From Candidatus Neptunichlamydia sp. (GTDB lineage: Bacteria > Chlamydiota > Chlamydiia > Chlamydiales > Simkaniaceae): 64,000 nucleotides of DNA. Both the position numbers and the translations under genes were made by a program. Shown piece after piece: positions 10,343 through 19,801 of this stretch. The notes under the pieces were generated by a model. That model saw only the letters and a program-made list of their open reading frames with translations. It was not told where the DNA came from and ran no database searches. Position 1 is the first letter of the stretch. Each line of letters opens with the position of its first letter. The DNA is taken from assembly GCA_965233865.1 (NCBI GenBank), contig OZ247587.1, forward strand, positions 256,001 through 320,000, in the 5' to 3' direction.

Positions 10343-10467
10343 AACTGTCAGATTAGAATCTATTACCTTGTTCTTGCTTTGTCAAGAAATTTAAAAACAA
10401 ACCCTAATCTGACAGATTTTGAATATCGAGCCTGACGTCAGGTTAGGGTACACTCTATTCTGACACC
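10343..10467. promoter_or_regulatory. res site for the resolvase
   Basis: Repeated TGTCAG/CTGACA half-sites; CGTCAGGTTAGGGTACACTCTATTCTGACA resembles Tn21-family res site I; directly upstream of tnpR. Confidence 0.7.
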
Positions 10468-10655
10468 GAAAAGATAAGAGCATATAGGTAATGGTGAGGT
10501 TTATAATGAAAGAAGTGTTTAAGATGAATTTTCATCTGCGCTAAACATGTTTTAAAAAATAAGACAGGAAAAATGTTCATTAAAATGTTCAAGATTTTGT
10601 ACTATCATATGTGTAGTTTTAGATAACATGGAAAATGACATAACACATAAAGGAA

Positions 10656-10955
10656 ATGAAAATGGCCAAAACAACTAAAGATGATTTAGTAGAGATGGGT
10701 GAATTAGAGGAAGGATCGCAAAAACAAGAAAGCCTTCATGAATCAGTAAAGCTTAAAAAGGTGAGAATTTCGGCTGAGATTTCTGGAGATGTTGCTGATC
10801 GGATAAAAAATGCAGTCTACTGGACACCAGGCATGACAATGGCTGGGTTTATTGAAGAGTCGTTAGCTAAGGCAATCGAAGAGCTAGAAGAGGGAAAAGG
10901 TGAAAAGTTTCCTCAAAGAGAGCGACAGCTTGTTGGTGGACGCCCAATGATTTGA
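10656..10955 (+). CDS. Small ribbon-helix-helix-like DNA-binding protein (plasmid-type)
   Basis: KVRISAEISGDVADRIKNAVYW..MTMAGFIEESL strand-helix-helix pattern; RBS AAGGA. Confidence 0.55.
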   Translation: MKMAKTTKDDLVEMGELEEGSQKQESLHESVKLKKVRISAEISGDVADRIKNAVYWTPGMTMAGFIEESLAKAIEELEEGKGEKFPQRERQLVGGRPMI

Positions 10956-11130
10956 TGTTCCTAAAATATTAAACGCCAGTTTCTTGCAGAAATTCAAGAG
11001 TTTAAAGAAACCTTTTTAAGGCGTTAAAATTTTAACTTTAATACAACTGAAAATAGGTTGTAAATATATAGCTAAAAGCTCATCGTAGCTTACGAAAACA
11101 ATTTCATTAATTACTAACAAGAAGTAGAGT

Positions 11131-11358
11131 ATGTCAATCGGAGGCCTAACAACAGGGATTGTTAATTGGTTTTCTAATATTTATAATAGGCAGCCATTAG
11201 AAGATTCTCAGACTGAAAAAAAAATATCTCCTTCTCAATCAGCTCCTTTACCTGATAAACAGATCGAGAAGTTGCGAGAAGACGCAATCGATAGTCTCAT
11301 GAAGGAAAGAGCCTTATCTCGAGAAGTGGCTGAATCACAAATTGATGCTCTTTCATAA
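11131..11358 (+). CDS. Hypothetical protein
   Basis: 75-aa ORF followed by a terminator. Confidence 0.5.
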   Translation: MSIGGLTTGIVNWFSNIYNRQPLEDSQTEKKISPSQSAPLPDKQIEKLREDAIDSLMKERALSREVAESQIDALS

Positions 11359-11380
11359 GAGATTAAGAAAAATTAAATAA

Positions 11381-11422
11381 AAAAGGGGTATTCCCTCACA
11401 GCAAGGAATACCCGGTTTTTTA
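11381..11422. terminator. Bidirectional intrinsic terminator
   Basis: GGGTATTCC...GGAATACCC stem flanked by A-run and T-run between convergent genes. Confidence 0.75.
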
Positions 11423-12136
11423 TCAGCTACCTTGCTGAATCGCTTGAGCTTCTTTGTAGCTTCCTGATGCTGGAAGTCTTTCAATTGAACTTTCTACGTC
11501 TCGGACAAGTTCTTCTGGTGGAGTTCTTGTTGAGTGTTTCATAAAGATAACATCTGGTTCACCATCTCGATCATAGTTCCAATCTTCCGGAGCAAAATCT
11601 CTATTAAACGATGTTTTGGAAACAGGCTCGAAACCGTTTCGTGCATATAGCTTTGGTAAAAATCCATTGAAGCAATCTAATCTGTTACCACCATTTTCCA
11701 AAGCTTTTGGTATTAAAAACTTATCAACCACACCTCTAACTTTACAGCTGGGGTGTTTGAATACGGAAACAATATCTCCATCTTTCACAGCCAAACCCGC
11801 AACGCCTTTTTCTGATCCGTCATTTAGCAGGAAAATTTTCATCTTAGAGTATTCTGCTGCTGGGTATGCATGTACGAATGCCCCATGCTGTTTTGAATTT
11901 TTAGTGAGGTAAGCTTTATTAAGCCCTTCATTTACAATGTTATGTGTTTTTGCTGCTGTAATAGATGCATGAAATTTCTCTCCACTAACGCTACGATCCC
12001 AATGAGGACCTTCAAGTTGTTGATATCTAGATTGATATAGTTTATATCCGACCAACCCAAGCGCTGCTGTAGTACCAATTCCTATCAACCCCGACTTAAC
12101 TGGGTTATTTCTCATATAATTAAAAATTGAATTCAT
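11423..12136 (-). CDS. GNAT-fold-like protein with N-terminal membrane anchor
   Basis: DGDIVSVFKHP...LDCFNGFLPKLYARNGF..F.RDFAPEDWNY..PDVIFM; N-terminal hydrophobic helix. Confidence 0.55.
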   Translation of the reverse strand: MNSIFNYMRNNPVKSGLIGIGTTAALGLVGYKLYQSRYQQLEGPHWDRSVSGEKFHASITAAKTHNIVNEGLNKAYLTKNSKQHGAFVHAYPAAEYSKMKIFLLNDGSEKGVAGLAVKDGDIVSVFKHPSCKVRGVVDKFLIPKALENGGNRLDCFNGFLPKLYARNGFEPVSKTSFNRDFAPEDWNYDRDGEPDVIFMKHSTRTPPEELVRDVESSIERLPASGSYKEAQAIQQGS

Positions 12137-12379
12137 TTTATTACCACTTATTATTATAATAAATAGTGTTACATAATATATTATATCATATTAATATTAA
12201 TTTATGAATTTTTTAAAAGAATTGTCTAAAATTCAGTGATTTATAGTTTTTATACGAAAAATAATAATTATTTGTTTAATAATAAGTAACTTATGAATAT
12301 TAAGACTTCTCTTCCGCGATCTTGATAGCTATGCTTACATCTTTTCTTCTAAAAGTTATTTGCATCGGCCTAACAATTT

Positions 12380-13381
12380 TTGAAAAACTTAAGTATCTTA
12401 AAATCAAACATTAAAAGAAGTATAAGACTCAATATTCATCAAAGCAATCTCGAGTATGAGCTAGGGTTATGGGAGTTTGTGGTTAATGTGACTAAAATCA
12501 TGCCAAATAATTTGACCAGTGACACATTAGCCCTTCATGGGTTGGACTCTAGAGCTAAAAAGATTAAAACAGAATTAAAAGATCTTCAAAGTCAGGAAGC
12601 TACAGAGGAAATTATTCAAAAAATACAAACTCTTAACACTGAATTTCAAGACGTAAAAAATGCGTATAGCGAAATAAAAAATGCAAATGAAACAGCAATA
12701 GACTTCACTACTATGGAGCTATCCAGAGATCTTACACATACAGAAAGCAGGTGGAATGCTGAAAAAAACCGCTTTGAAGGAAAAGAGTTCACCAAACCTG
12801 CGCAATGGTTTTTAGGCCCCTTCCAAGATCAAAATCGATTGGATGTTTTAGGGCCAAGCAACGAAAATAATGAGCAGGCTGCCTTAGGTAAGACAAGACA
12901 GCGTCGTTTCACCTTAGCAAGACATATAGCAAATGACTACGTCTTTATGCTGTCTACAGAGAATAAAAGCGGTTGGATCTCTCGCAAACACTATGCCCCA
13001 ATCAAAGCCGACAAGCAGCAAGCAGTTGAAATAGGATCTTTGATTTATCATTTGACTGGTGATGAAAGCCGGTTAGATTTGGTGCAAGATCAGCAGGCCC
13101 TCGGAAGGAATGCGTTCACTAGAAAAGCATCTGAAGATAGTGATTCTAGGGTAGAAGATCCAGTGGGAAATAAAGTTTTTAGAGAACCAAGAGCTGAGAA
13201 ATTTCTACTTAATGGGACGTTAAACATGAGTAGAGATGCGGCACCTTCAGAAGAGCACCTATTAGGATATAAGAGACCGTCTTCAAGTCTACCAGGAAGG
13301 AGAATGGCTTCATGTAAAGAAAGTGGGGGATCTAGGAAAAAAAGTGGCACATTCTCTTATCGCCCATTTAAAGCAGCCTAG
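12380..13381 (+). CDS. Hypothetical protein with coiled-coil N-terminus (start uncertain)
   Basis: 333-aa ORF; no recognised motif. Confidence 0.55.
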   Translation: MKNLSILKSNIKRSIRLNIHQSNLEYELGLWEFVVNVTKIMPNNLTSDTLALHGLDSRAKKIKTELKDLQSQEATEEIIQKIQTLNTEFQDVKNAYSEIKNANETAIDFTTMELSRDLTHTESRWNAEKNRFEGKEFTKPAQWFLGPFQDQNRLDVLGPSNENNEQAALGKTRQRRFTLARHIANDYVFMLSTENKSGWISRKHYAPIKADKQQAVEIGSLIYHLTGDESRLDLVQDQQALGRNAFTRKASEDSDSRVEDPVGNKVFREPRAEKFLLNGTLNMSRDAAPSEEHLLGYKRPSSSLPGRRMASCKESGGSRKKSGTFSYRPFKAA

Positions 13382-13579
13382 GTAAATCTCTTGACCGCCC
13401 TCCATGCTAGATGACGGGCCATCGTTTTAGGGGAATATTCTTAACAGATGGAGTAACGTCCAAGAAGAGTCATCCTAAAAAGGAAATGAGATTTTTAAGA
13501 ATGTTTCGAATAATTTCAAGAAAAATCTAGCTTTATTGGGGGTTGAAGGCCTACCTGCGTGGAAACGAGCTCTAAGGAC

Positions 13580-13789
13580 CTAGATTTTTTCAGCAGCTTT
13601 TTCTCTCCATTTTTTGGAGATGAAAATTTTCTTAAAGGCGGGTTTTTTCTGGTATCCTTTTTTAACAGAGATGCGTTTCCCCTCCAAAAATTGCCCATTG
13701 AGTTTCTCTATCACCATTTGAGCCTCTTCTTCAGAAACTGTCACAAACCCAAACCCTCGTGAAACACCCTCAGACTGGATGATCTTCAC
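13580..13789 (-). CDS. Partial RRM RNA-binding protein
   Basis: RNP1 SRGFGFV and IEKLNGQFLEGKRISV; AGGAGG upstream of a GTG start. Confidence 0.65.
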   Translation of the reverse strand: MKIIQSEGVSRGFGFVTVSEEEAQMVIEKLNGQFLEGKRISVKKGYQKKPAFKKIFISKKWREKAAEKI

Positions 13790-13819
13790 TAGATCCTCCT
13801 ACAATTCTAATACATTAAC

Positions 13820-14269
13820 TTAATCTTCAAACAAATTCAGCTGCAAACACTCCCTTTTAGGAAGCGTTAAGACCTTTTTAGCGAGCTCGTGTTTGATTGG
13901 TTCTTCAATTTGACCCCGTACCCCAACCTCCTTAAAAACAATCGAAGGGACAAGCCTTGGTTTGATCCCAGCCTTTTTGTTTGAATGGATCCTAAAGGGA
14001 GGTTTTAAAAAGATCTTCCCTTCATGATCAATCCGAAAAATCCCAATATTTCTTCTATTATCTCTAGGTGCTCCTCTTGGAATTTCCGGAGGTCTATGAG
14101 TGAAAGGATCTGGTGAAGGAGGAGGCTCTGGTGATCTTAAAATAGAGGGTAGTTTCGGCAAGCTCATTGGAGAACGATCCGCGGTTGTTTTCTTCGAAGA
14201 TGAGGCTGTATCAACAGATTTAACATTAAAAAAATTGTCGGATGAACTACTGGTTACTGGTGATGTCAT
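13820..14269 (-). CDS. Ser/Pro-rich hypothetical protein
   Basis: 149-aa ORF with low-complexity N-terminus (MTSPVTSSSS). Confidence 0.55.
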   Translation of the reverse strand: MTSPVTSSSSDNFFNVKSVDTASSSKKTTADRSPMSLPKLPSILRSPEPPPSPDPFTHRPPEIPRGAPRDNRRNIGIFRIDHEGKIFLKPPFRIHSNKKAGIKPRLVPSIVFKEVGVRGQIEEPIKHELAKKVLTLPKRECLQLNLFED

Positions 14270-14288
14270 GTTTTATTCCCTTGTTTTT

Positions 14289-14774
14289 TTAAGCTATCCT
14301 AAATCGTTTTTTCAGCCCTTTAGCTATTTTTTCAGCTTCTTCATCCCTCCCTTTGTTTGACAGATTATGTAAGCGATTAATGCGAAGAAGGTCCAGAGAA
14401 AAATAGAAGAACACTGCAGATTGTAAGATGCCGACCAATGTCAAAATCCACTGGTATGACTCCCATGCAGTAATTTTACACATGGATAACAATATAAAAA
14501 TTGGAGCGAGAATTAGCTGAATGGTTAGTAGCTTAGTGCCCTTTTTTATATAGGGGAAATAGAAGAAGCTCCATGTCAATCCCACAATAATGGAAGTACT
14601 AAATGATAGTGAAACCCATAACATTATATAGTGATCCCCCATGTTAAAAGGTTCGACGGTGAATTCCTTTTTAAAGAGAATTCTATAAATAAAATATATC
14701 ACCCCCAAAGACATATTAATTATATAAAGGCAAAGCCACCTTTTTCTGATGATTTTTTCTACTTTATCTATCAT
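14289..14774 (-). CDS. 4-TM membrane protein
   Basis: Four hydrophobic segments; ATG abuts the upstream stop (TAGATG). Confidence 0.65.
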   Translation of the reverse strand: MIDKVEKIIRKRWLCLYIINMSLGVIYFIYRILFKKEFTVEPFNMGDHYIMLWVSLSFSTSIIVGLTWSFFYFPYIKKGTKLLTIQLILAPIFILLSMCKITAWESYQWILTLVGILQSAVFFYFSLDLLRINRLHNLSNKGRDEEAEKIAKGLKKRFRIA

Positions 14775-15170
14775 CTAAAAATCCCTATCCCAGTTATCGC
14801 GATCATTCTCATGATCACACTCATTGCTTTCATATGCTTTTTCAGTTTCTATAGGGTTATAGAACATATCCAATCCTTTTGCTTCATTTTCTAATCGGTG
14901 TGCCTCATTTCGTTCTGCGCATCCATCTATCAAGTGATGGTGATTTTCACTGATTACTTTAACAGCATTCATTACACCGGTAGGGCTAAGGTTAACTATT
15001 ACATTAGCAGCGGCCTCTATTGGTGAGATGAAAAAATCTCTGAAGTGTTCGTTAGCCCTATCTTTATGCTCCTGAATCTTAACTTCTCGACCATTAAGAT
15101 CTCCTATCTGATTTTCTTGTTCATTATCGGAGCCTCCAGAAGGGTCGGATGTTACAGGCTCTATAGACAC
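14775..15170 (-). CDS. Hypothetical protein with GDLNGREV N-terminal motif and ENDRDNWDRDF tail
   Basis: GTG start with AGAGG RBS; tail shared with 1..322, N-terminal motif shared with 51271..51504. Confidence 0.65.
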   Translation of the reverse strand: MSIEPVTSDPSGGSDNEQENQIGDLNGREVKIQEHKDRANEHFRDFFISPIEAAANVIVNLSPTGVMNAVKVISENHHHLIDGCAERNEAHRLENEAKGLDMFYNPIETEKAYESNECDHENDRDNWDRDF

Positions 15171-16025
15171 TTAATACTAACCTCTAAAATTAAAAACTAA
15201 ATTCCATTGATTATTAACTAAAGAATCATATACCTCTATCCCTTTTGAGTCAAAAACCACCTCATGCACACTATGATATATTATATAATGCTCCCCAAAA
15301 TTTAGACAGCAACTCATTGCTAGTTTATTTTGCCCCTAATTTGTATGAAACGCTTTATTTGATTGCAGATGGATTGTAACCTTATCTCCGTATAGGAGTA
15401 AAAATGAGTAGAAGCAAAAAATACCAAAGCATTCCGACCTATTTGTCAGTAGAGGAATTTAATCAATTTGTCTTGCCCCATCTCACTGAAGGATCAAGAG
15501 GACCTAAGACAAAGGTGTCATTTTACCGTCTCTTCAACTACATTTTGAAGTTGATGCATACCGGGTGCCAACGGGAAGAAATTCCCATTAAAAAAGATGC
15601 ATCTGGCAAGCCGGAAATCCACCACACTCGCATATTCCGCACCTTTCAACGGTGGCATAGGGATGGCTGTTTCGAAAAGATATTTGTGGGTTCCGTTCAG
15701 CAGTTTTTTCAAAAAAAATATTGAATACCGATGTGATTCACGGAGATGGTAGCACGACAACGGCTAAAAAAGGGGCGATAATATAGGTTTCAACGGTCAC
15801 AAGCATATGAAAGGTGATAAGGTTGTCGCCCTATGTGATCGTAACTGCAATGTTATAGCACCTATGATCTTTGCGCCAGGCAACAAGAATGAGTCTCCCC
15901 TCATACGCGAAGCAATGGGCCCATTGAAGAGTATTGCAAAGGCTGTGGGGTTCAACATTAAAGGATCCACCATGAGCCTCGATGGGGTCTATGATTGCCG
16001 TAAAAACCGTAAAAAAATCTTCAAT

Positions 16026-16581
16026 CTCTTTGGGTTTGATTCCCCGCAGCTTGCTGCGTAAAAGCTGAACAAGTATAGTTTTTTGGCATGAGTGAATATA
16101 TTCATAAAAGTCATAATGTCTCAGTTTTGATGTACCACATAGTTTGTCCGGCCAAATACAGGAAAGCGGTATTTGACAAGAGTGTTGATGAAGAAATTAA
16201 GGTCATATGCCTTGAAATTTCAAAGAGATATGAGATAAATTTTTTAGAGATCGGTGTTGATAAGGACCATGTTCACTTTCTGATACAATTAGTTCCGATG
16301 TATAGCCCCAAAAAAACTGTTCAGCTAATAAAAAGCATCACGGCAAAAGAGATTTTTTTGAGAAGGCCTGAAGTAAAGAAGATACTTTGGGGAGGGGAGT
16401 TTTGGAGTGATGGATATTTTATAAGTACCGTGGGGAAGCATGGGGACGAGGAGAAAATAGGAAACTACGTCAAAAACCAAGGAAAAAAAGACTATAAAAG
16501 GTTACATCAGCAACTGGATTTTTGGAGCTAAGCAAAACCACCTGACAGATGCCCCGTAGCTCTGCTGCGGGGAGCCTTCAC
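16026..16581 (+). mobile_element. IS200-type element (tnpA only)
   Basis: Subterminal hairpins CCCCGCAGCTTGCTGCG and CCCCGTAGCTCTGCTGCGGGG; inserted in the IS5 transposase frame; ends approximate. Confidence 0.85.
16088..16531 (+). CDS. tnpA: IS200/IS605 Y1 (HUH) transposase
   Basis: YHIVCPAKYR, DHVH, FWSDGYF, YVKNQ. Confidence 0.95.
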   Translation: MSEYIHKSHNVSVLMYHIVCPAKYRKAVFDKSVDEEIKVICLEISKRYEINFLEIGVDKDHVHFLIQLVPMYSPKKTVQLIKSITAKEIFLRRPEVKKILWGGEFWSDGYFISTVGKHGDEEKIGNYVKNQGKKDYKRLHQQLDFWS

Positions 16582-17257
16582 TTCAGGCATGAAACCTAAC
16601 ATCAATCCCAACAAACGAAATAGGAAGAAGAGTAAGCGTGGCCGCAAACCCATGTTTAACCTCGAAGTTTTTAAAGAACGCTTCCGTACCATAGAGAGGA
16701 TTTTCGCATGGGAGGACAAGTTTAAACGGCTTCTTATACGATTCGAGAGAATTAGCTCGCATCATTATGGGATGAAGTATATCGCTTTTGCACTCATTAA
16801 CTTACGCCACTTTTGTAGTGTCTAGGCCCAAAATGAACCTACTTTCATCGAGACCAGTTTGTTTTGACAATGCACTCGCATGTCCAAAAATGGCTGTTTT
16901 CGTTCCATGCAGAGGAAGTAGGGCATTTTTTCGGCTCCAATGTGAATTTTCGACTTAGCTGCATAAATCTTCCATCTGATTTTCTGGGAAAACTAGCAAT
17001 GAGTTGCTGGATATTGACTTCCTAACGTTCCCTTTTACATGGAAAATTTGCAATCTTGAAATTTTTATTAAATTCCTCTCAAATTTTTTATTGCGAGAGT
17101 TGCTGTGACTTGTATTTTCAACTTGACACCTGCCTTATGCTTCTTATAACATTGTCGTATGATGAATTTCTTTTACCAATCTTATCGTCCATCCTTCCAT
17201 AATTGCTATTAGAGGCAATTGCTCTCTTGTGTTCATCAAAAATTTAGGAAGGATTCT

Positions 17258-18451
17258 ATGAAAACAAATATATTAAGAGTGATCAGCGGCACTTTTCTTA
17301 TCGCTGGAACAATGATTGGGGCAGGAATGCTTGGCATTCCTCTTATCACAGGCGTTTCAGGGTTTGTTCCTGGGGTTATTGTAACCTCTATTGTATGGTT
17401 TTTTATGTATTGCACAGGACTTCTCTTTTTGGAGGTTACCCTGTGGATGCCTGATGGGAGCAATGTTCTCTCGATTGCAGGGCGTTTCTTTGGAAAATGG
17501 GGCCGTTTTTTCTCTGGAGGGATGTTCATCTTTCTCTACTACTGCTTAATGGTTGCCTATTTTGCAGCCGGAAGTCCTCTCCTTGCAGAGGCGGTTTCAT
17601 CGCTTGGACTGACAGTAAGTGGATGGCAGATGTTTGCTCTTTTTGGTTTAGTTTTTGGCACGGTGGTTGCAATTGGCCCTAGGTCTATTAATCGGGTGAA
17701 TATCATTATGAGCATTGCGATGATTGCTGCGTGGTTTACTCTGATTGGAAGTGGGGGTTCTGAAGTTGAAATGCTTCGCTTAAGCTATACAAAATGGCCT
17801 GCTATGGTGATGGCAATGCCCGTTCTTTTCAGCGCCTTCGGATTTCACAACGTGATTCCATCTCTTTGCACCTATCTGAAACGTGATAAGCGTGCACTCC
17901 GAACGGCTGTGTTTTGGGGATCTTTTTTGCCTTTGATTGTTTATATCGTGTGGCAATGGCTTATCATCGGAGCAATTCCCCAAGAAGAAATAGCAAAAAC
18001 ATTGGTAGAAGGGACTCCAATAACGGCAGCATTTTCTTCAGTGACTGGAAAAGAGAATTTTTCCCAGATTGGACGTTTTTTTGCATTTTTTGCGATTGTA
18101 ACATCCATTTTAGGAGTTGCTTTTTCGATGGTCGATTTTTTGGGAGATGGATTCAATATAGAGAGGAGGAAAGGATGGAGACGTATTGCCTTGGCACTTC
18201 TTACTTTTATTCCTCCATTTATTTTAGCCACTCTGAACCCAGGAATTTTTACAACAGCACTTGGGATAGCAGGGGGATTTGGGGAAGCCTTTCTCAACGG
18301 CCTTCTCCCAATAGGCCTTCTTTGGGTGGGAAAATATACTTGTAAACTCAAAGCTGATTTAGCCTGGCTTGAAAACAAAGGAGTTCTTTCATTTTTGATC
18401 ATCTACTCGCTCTTTGTCGTTGGGCTTGAAATCGTTCACTTAATTCGATAG
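17258..18451 (+). CDS. tyrP: Aromatic amino acid permease (TyrP/Mtr, HAAAP family)
   Basis: GTFLIAGTMIGAGMLGIP, FGFHNVIPSL; multi-TM; RBS before MKTN. Confidence 0.88.
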   Translation: MKTNILRVISGTFLIAGTMIGAGMLGIPLITGVSGFVPGVIVTSIVWFFMYCTGLLFLEVTLWMPDGSNVLSIAGRFFGKWGRFFSGGMFIFLYYCLMVAYFAAGSPLLAEAVSSLGLTVSGWQMFALFGLVFGTVVAIGPRSINRVNIIMSIAMIAAWFTLIGSGGSEVEMLRLSYTKWPAMVMAMPVLFSAFGFHNVIPSLCTYLKRDKRALRTAVFWGSFLPLIVYIVWQWLIIGAIPQEEIAKTLVEGTPITAAFSSVTGKENFSQIGRFFAFFAIVTSILGVAFSMVDFLGDGFNIERRKGWRRIALALLTFIPPFILATLNPGIFTTALGIAGGFGEAFLNGLLPIGLLWVGKYTCKLKADLAWLENKGVLSFLIIYSLFVVGLEIVHLIR

Positions 18452-18662
18452 CGCGCTATCTCTTATGAGAGATGATCAAAAAAAACACTATCGATCACGA
18501 TATGACAAGGGTACTGGATTCTCATAAAGAAAGATATCCCAGGACCATGGAAACATTTGTCTTTTCCATATTTTAGGTGTTACTTTCCAATATCATAAAT
18601 AACGTATCCTCTAAGGTTTGTGTAAAAAAATGGTACTCACTTCTCGATCCCCCCTGGATGCC

Positions 18663-19266
18663 TCAGCCACTGAAGGGCGTGAGATAAAGCCCTTCTGTTT
18701 TGAGAAGATTTCCCCTAGAATAGGAAGCATAAATATTTAGTTTACAACTGTCTAGGAACCTATTTACGAGCATTTTATTTAAAGAAATTGTTGTCGTTAA
18801 TTGTGGTGTTAGGGAGTTGTGATTGTTCGGGAGATTTCTGTAGTTCAATCTTTGTAGAAGAAAATCTGCGCTCCATTTTACTGCTGATGTATACAAAAGG
18901 GATTCAGACATTTTCTCCTCATAAGGCTTTGCATTCAGAAGAAACAGCTTCCAGTGCTTCTTCGTAAGTTTCTTCACAAATTGTTTTGCGGGAATATTGT
19001 TTTTCTCCTCGAGTATAATAATCAAGAACTCCATTAGTTGCTGAAATATAATCAATTCTACCTAACGATGGACTTGATCGGTCTGGTTTGCTAATCCAAA
19101 TTCTGATTTCAACATTTTTTGCTGTAAAAGGGTAGTTGTGAAGATAAGGTCTAACCTCCTCATTACTATTGATATCAGATAAATACTCTCTAATAGCATA
19201 TACAATCAGTTCCCGCGCTGTTTGAAGGTCTACTTCTTGATAAAAATCAAAACTCATTGCCATCAT
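18663..19266 (-). pseudogene. 5'-truncated paralogue of the Rhs immunity lipoprotein plus start of its downstream gene
   Basis: MMAMSFDFYQEVDLQTARELIVYAIREYL... nearly identical to 35074..35436, including the following MSESLL start. Confidence 0.85.
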
Positions 19267-19523
19267 TTAGCTCGCATCATTATGGGATGAAGTATATCGC
19301 TTTTGCACTCATTAACTTACGCCACTTTTGTAGTGTCTAAGCCCAAAATGAACCAACTTTCATCGAGACCAGTTTGTTTTGACAATGCACTCGCATGTCC
19401 AAAAATGGCTGTTTTCGTGCCATGCAGAGGAAGTAGAGCATTTTTTCGGCTCCAATGTGAATTTTCGACTTAGCTGCATAAATTTTCCATCTGATTTTCT
19501 GGGGAAACTAGCAATGAGTTGCT
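19267..19523 (+). mobile_element. Right-end remnant of the IS5 element at 15307..17009
   Basis: Near-identical to 16752..17008 including the terminal repeat. Confidence 0.88.
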
Positions 19524-19636
19524 AGGGTGAATTCTGTGGAGATATTCAGGAGTTTTTTTCTTTTTTTTGTGGCATTTGAATGAAAACTACTCATTTGGAG
19601 ATTCAAAATGAGGCTTAAGTGATTAAGCTTAAATAA

Positions 19637-19680
19637 TGGGGCAGGTAGGACTTGAACCTACGACCAACGGATTATGAGTC
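19637..19680 (-). repeat. att site: 44-bp duplication of the tRNA 3' half
   Basis: TGGGGCAGGTAGGACTTGAACCTACGACCAACGGATTATGAGTC identical to 45426..45469. Confidence 0.95.
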
Positions 19681-19801
19681 TCTTTTCTCGCAATAATCCA
19701 CAACTACCCATAAAGCATAGCAGCAATAGAATTAAAAGTTTAGGGATTTTTCACAGTTGCTGAGATTTGCCGATTATTGTGCATATTTGTTCCTAAGTGT
19801 A

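Larger units (their letters stand above)
15307..17009 (+). mobile_element. IS5-family element, frameshifted and interrupted by IS200
   Basis: 20-bp inverted repeats CAGCAACTCATTGCTAGTTT / AAACTAGCAATGAGTTGCTG; transposase pieces 15404..15724, 15807..16025, 16589..16825 (RFRTIERIFAWEDKFKRLLIRFE). Confidence 0.85.

Noticed and set aside
16026..16581. TnpB/IscB RNA-guided nuclease with the IS200 element
   Set aside because: The right-end hairpin follows tnpA directly; no second ORF.
19637..19680. Second tRNA gene
   Set aside because: Only the 3' 44 nt are present; it is an att duplication.
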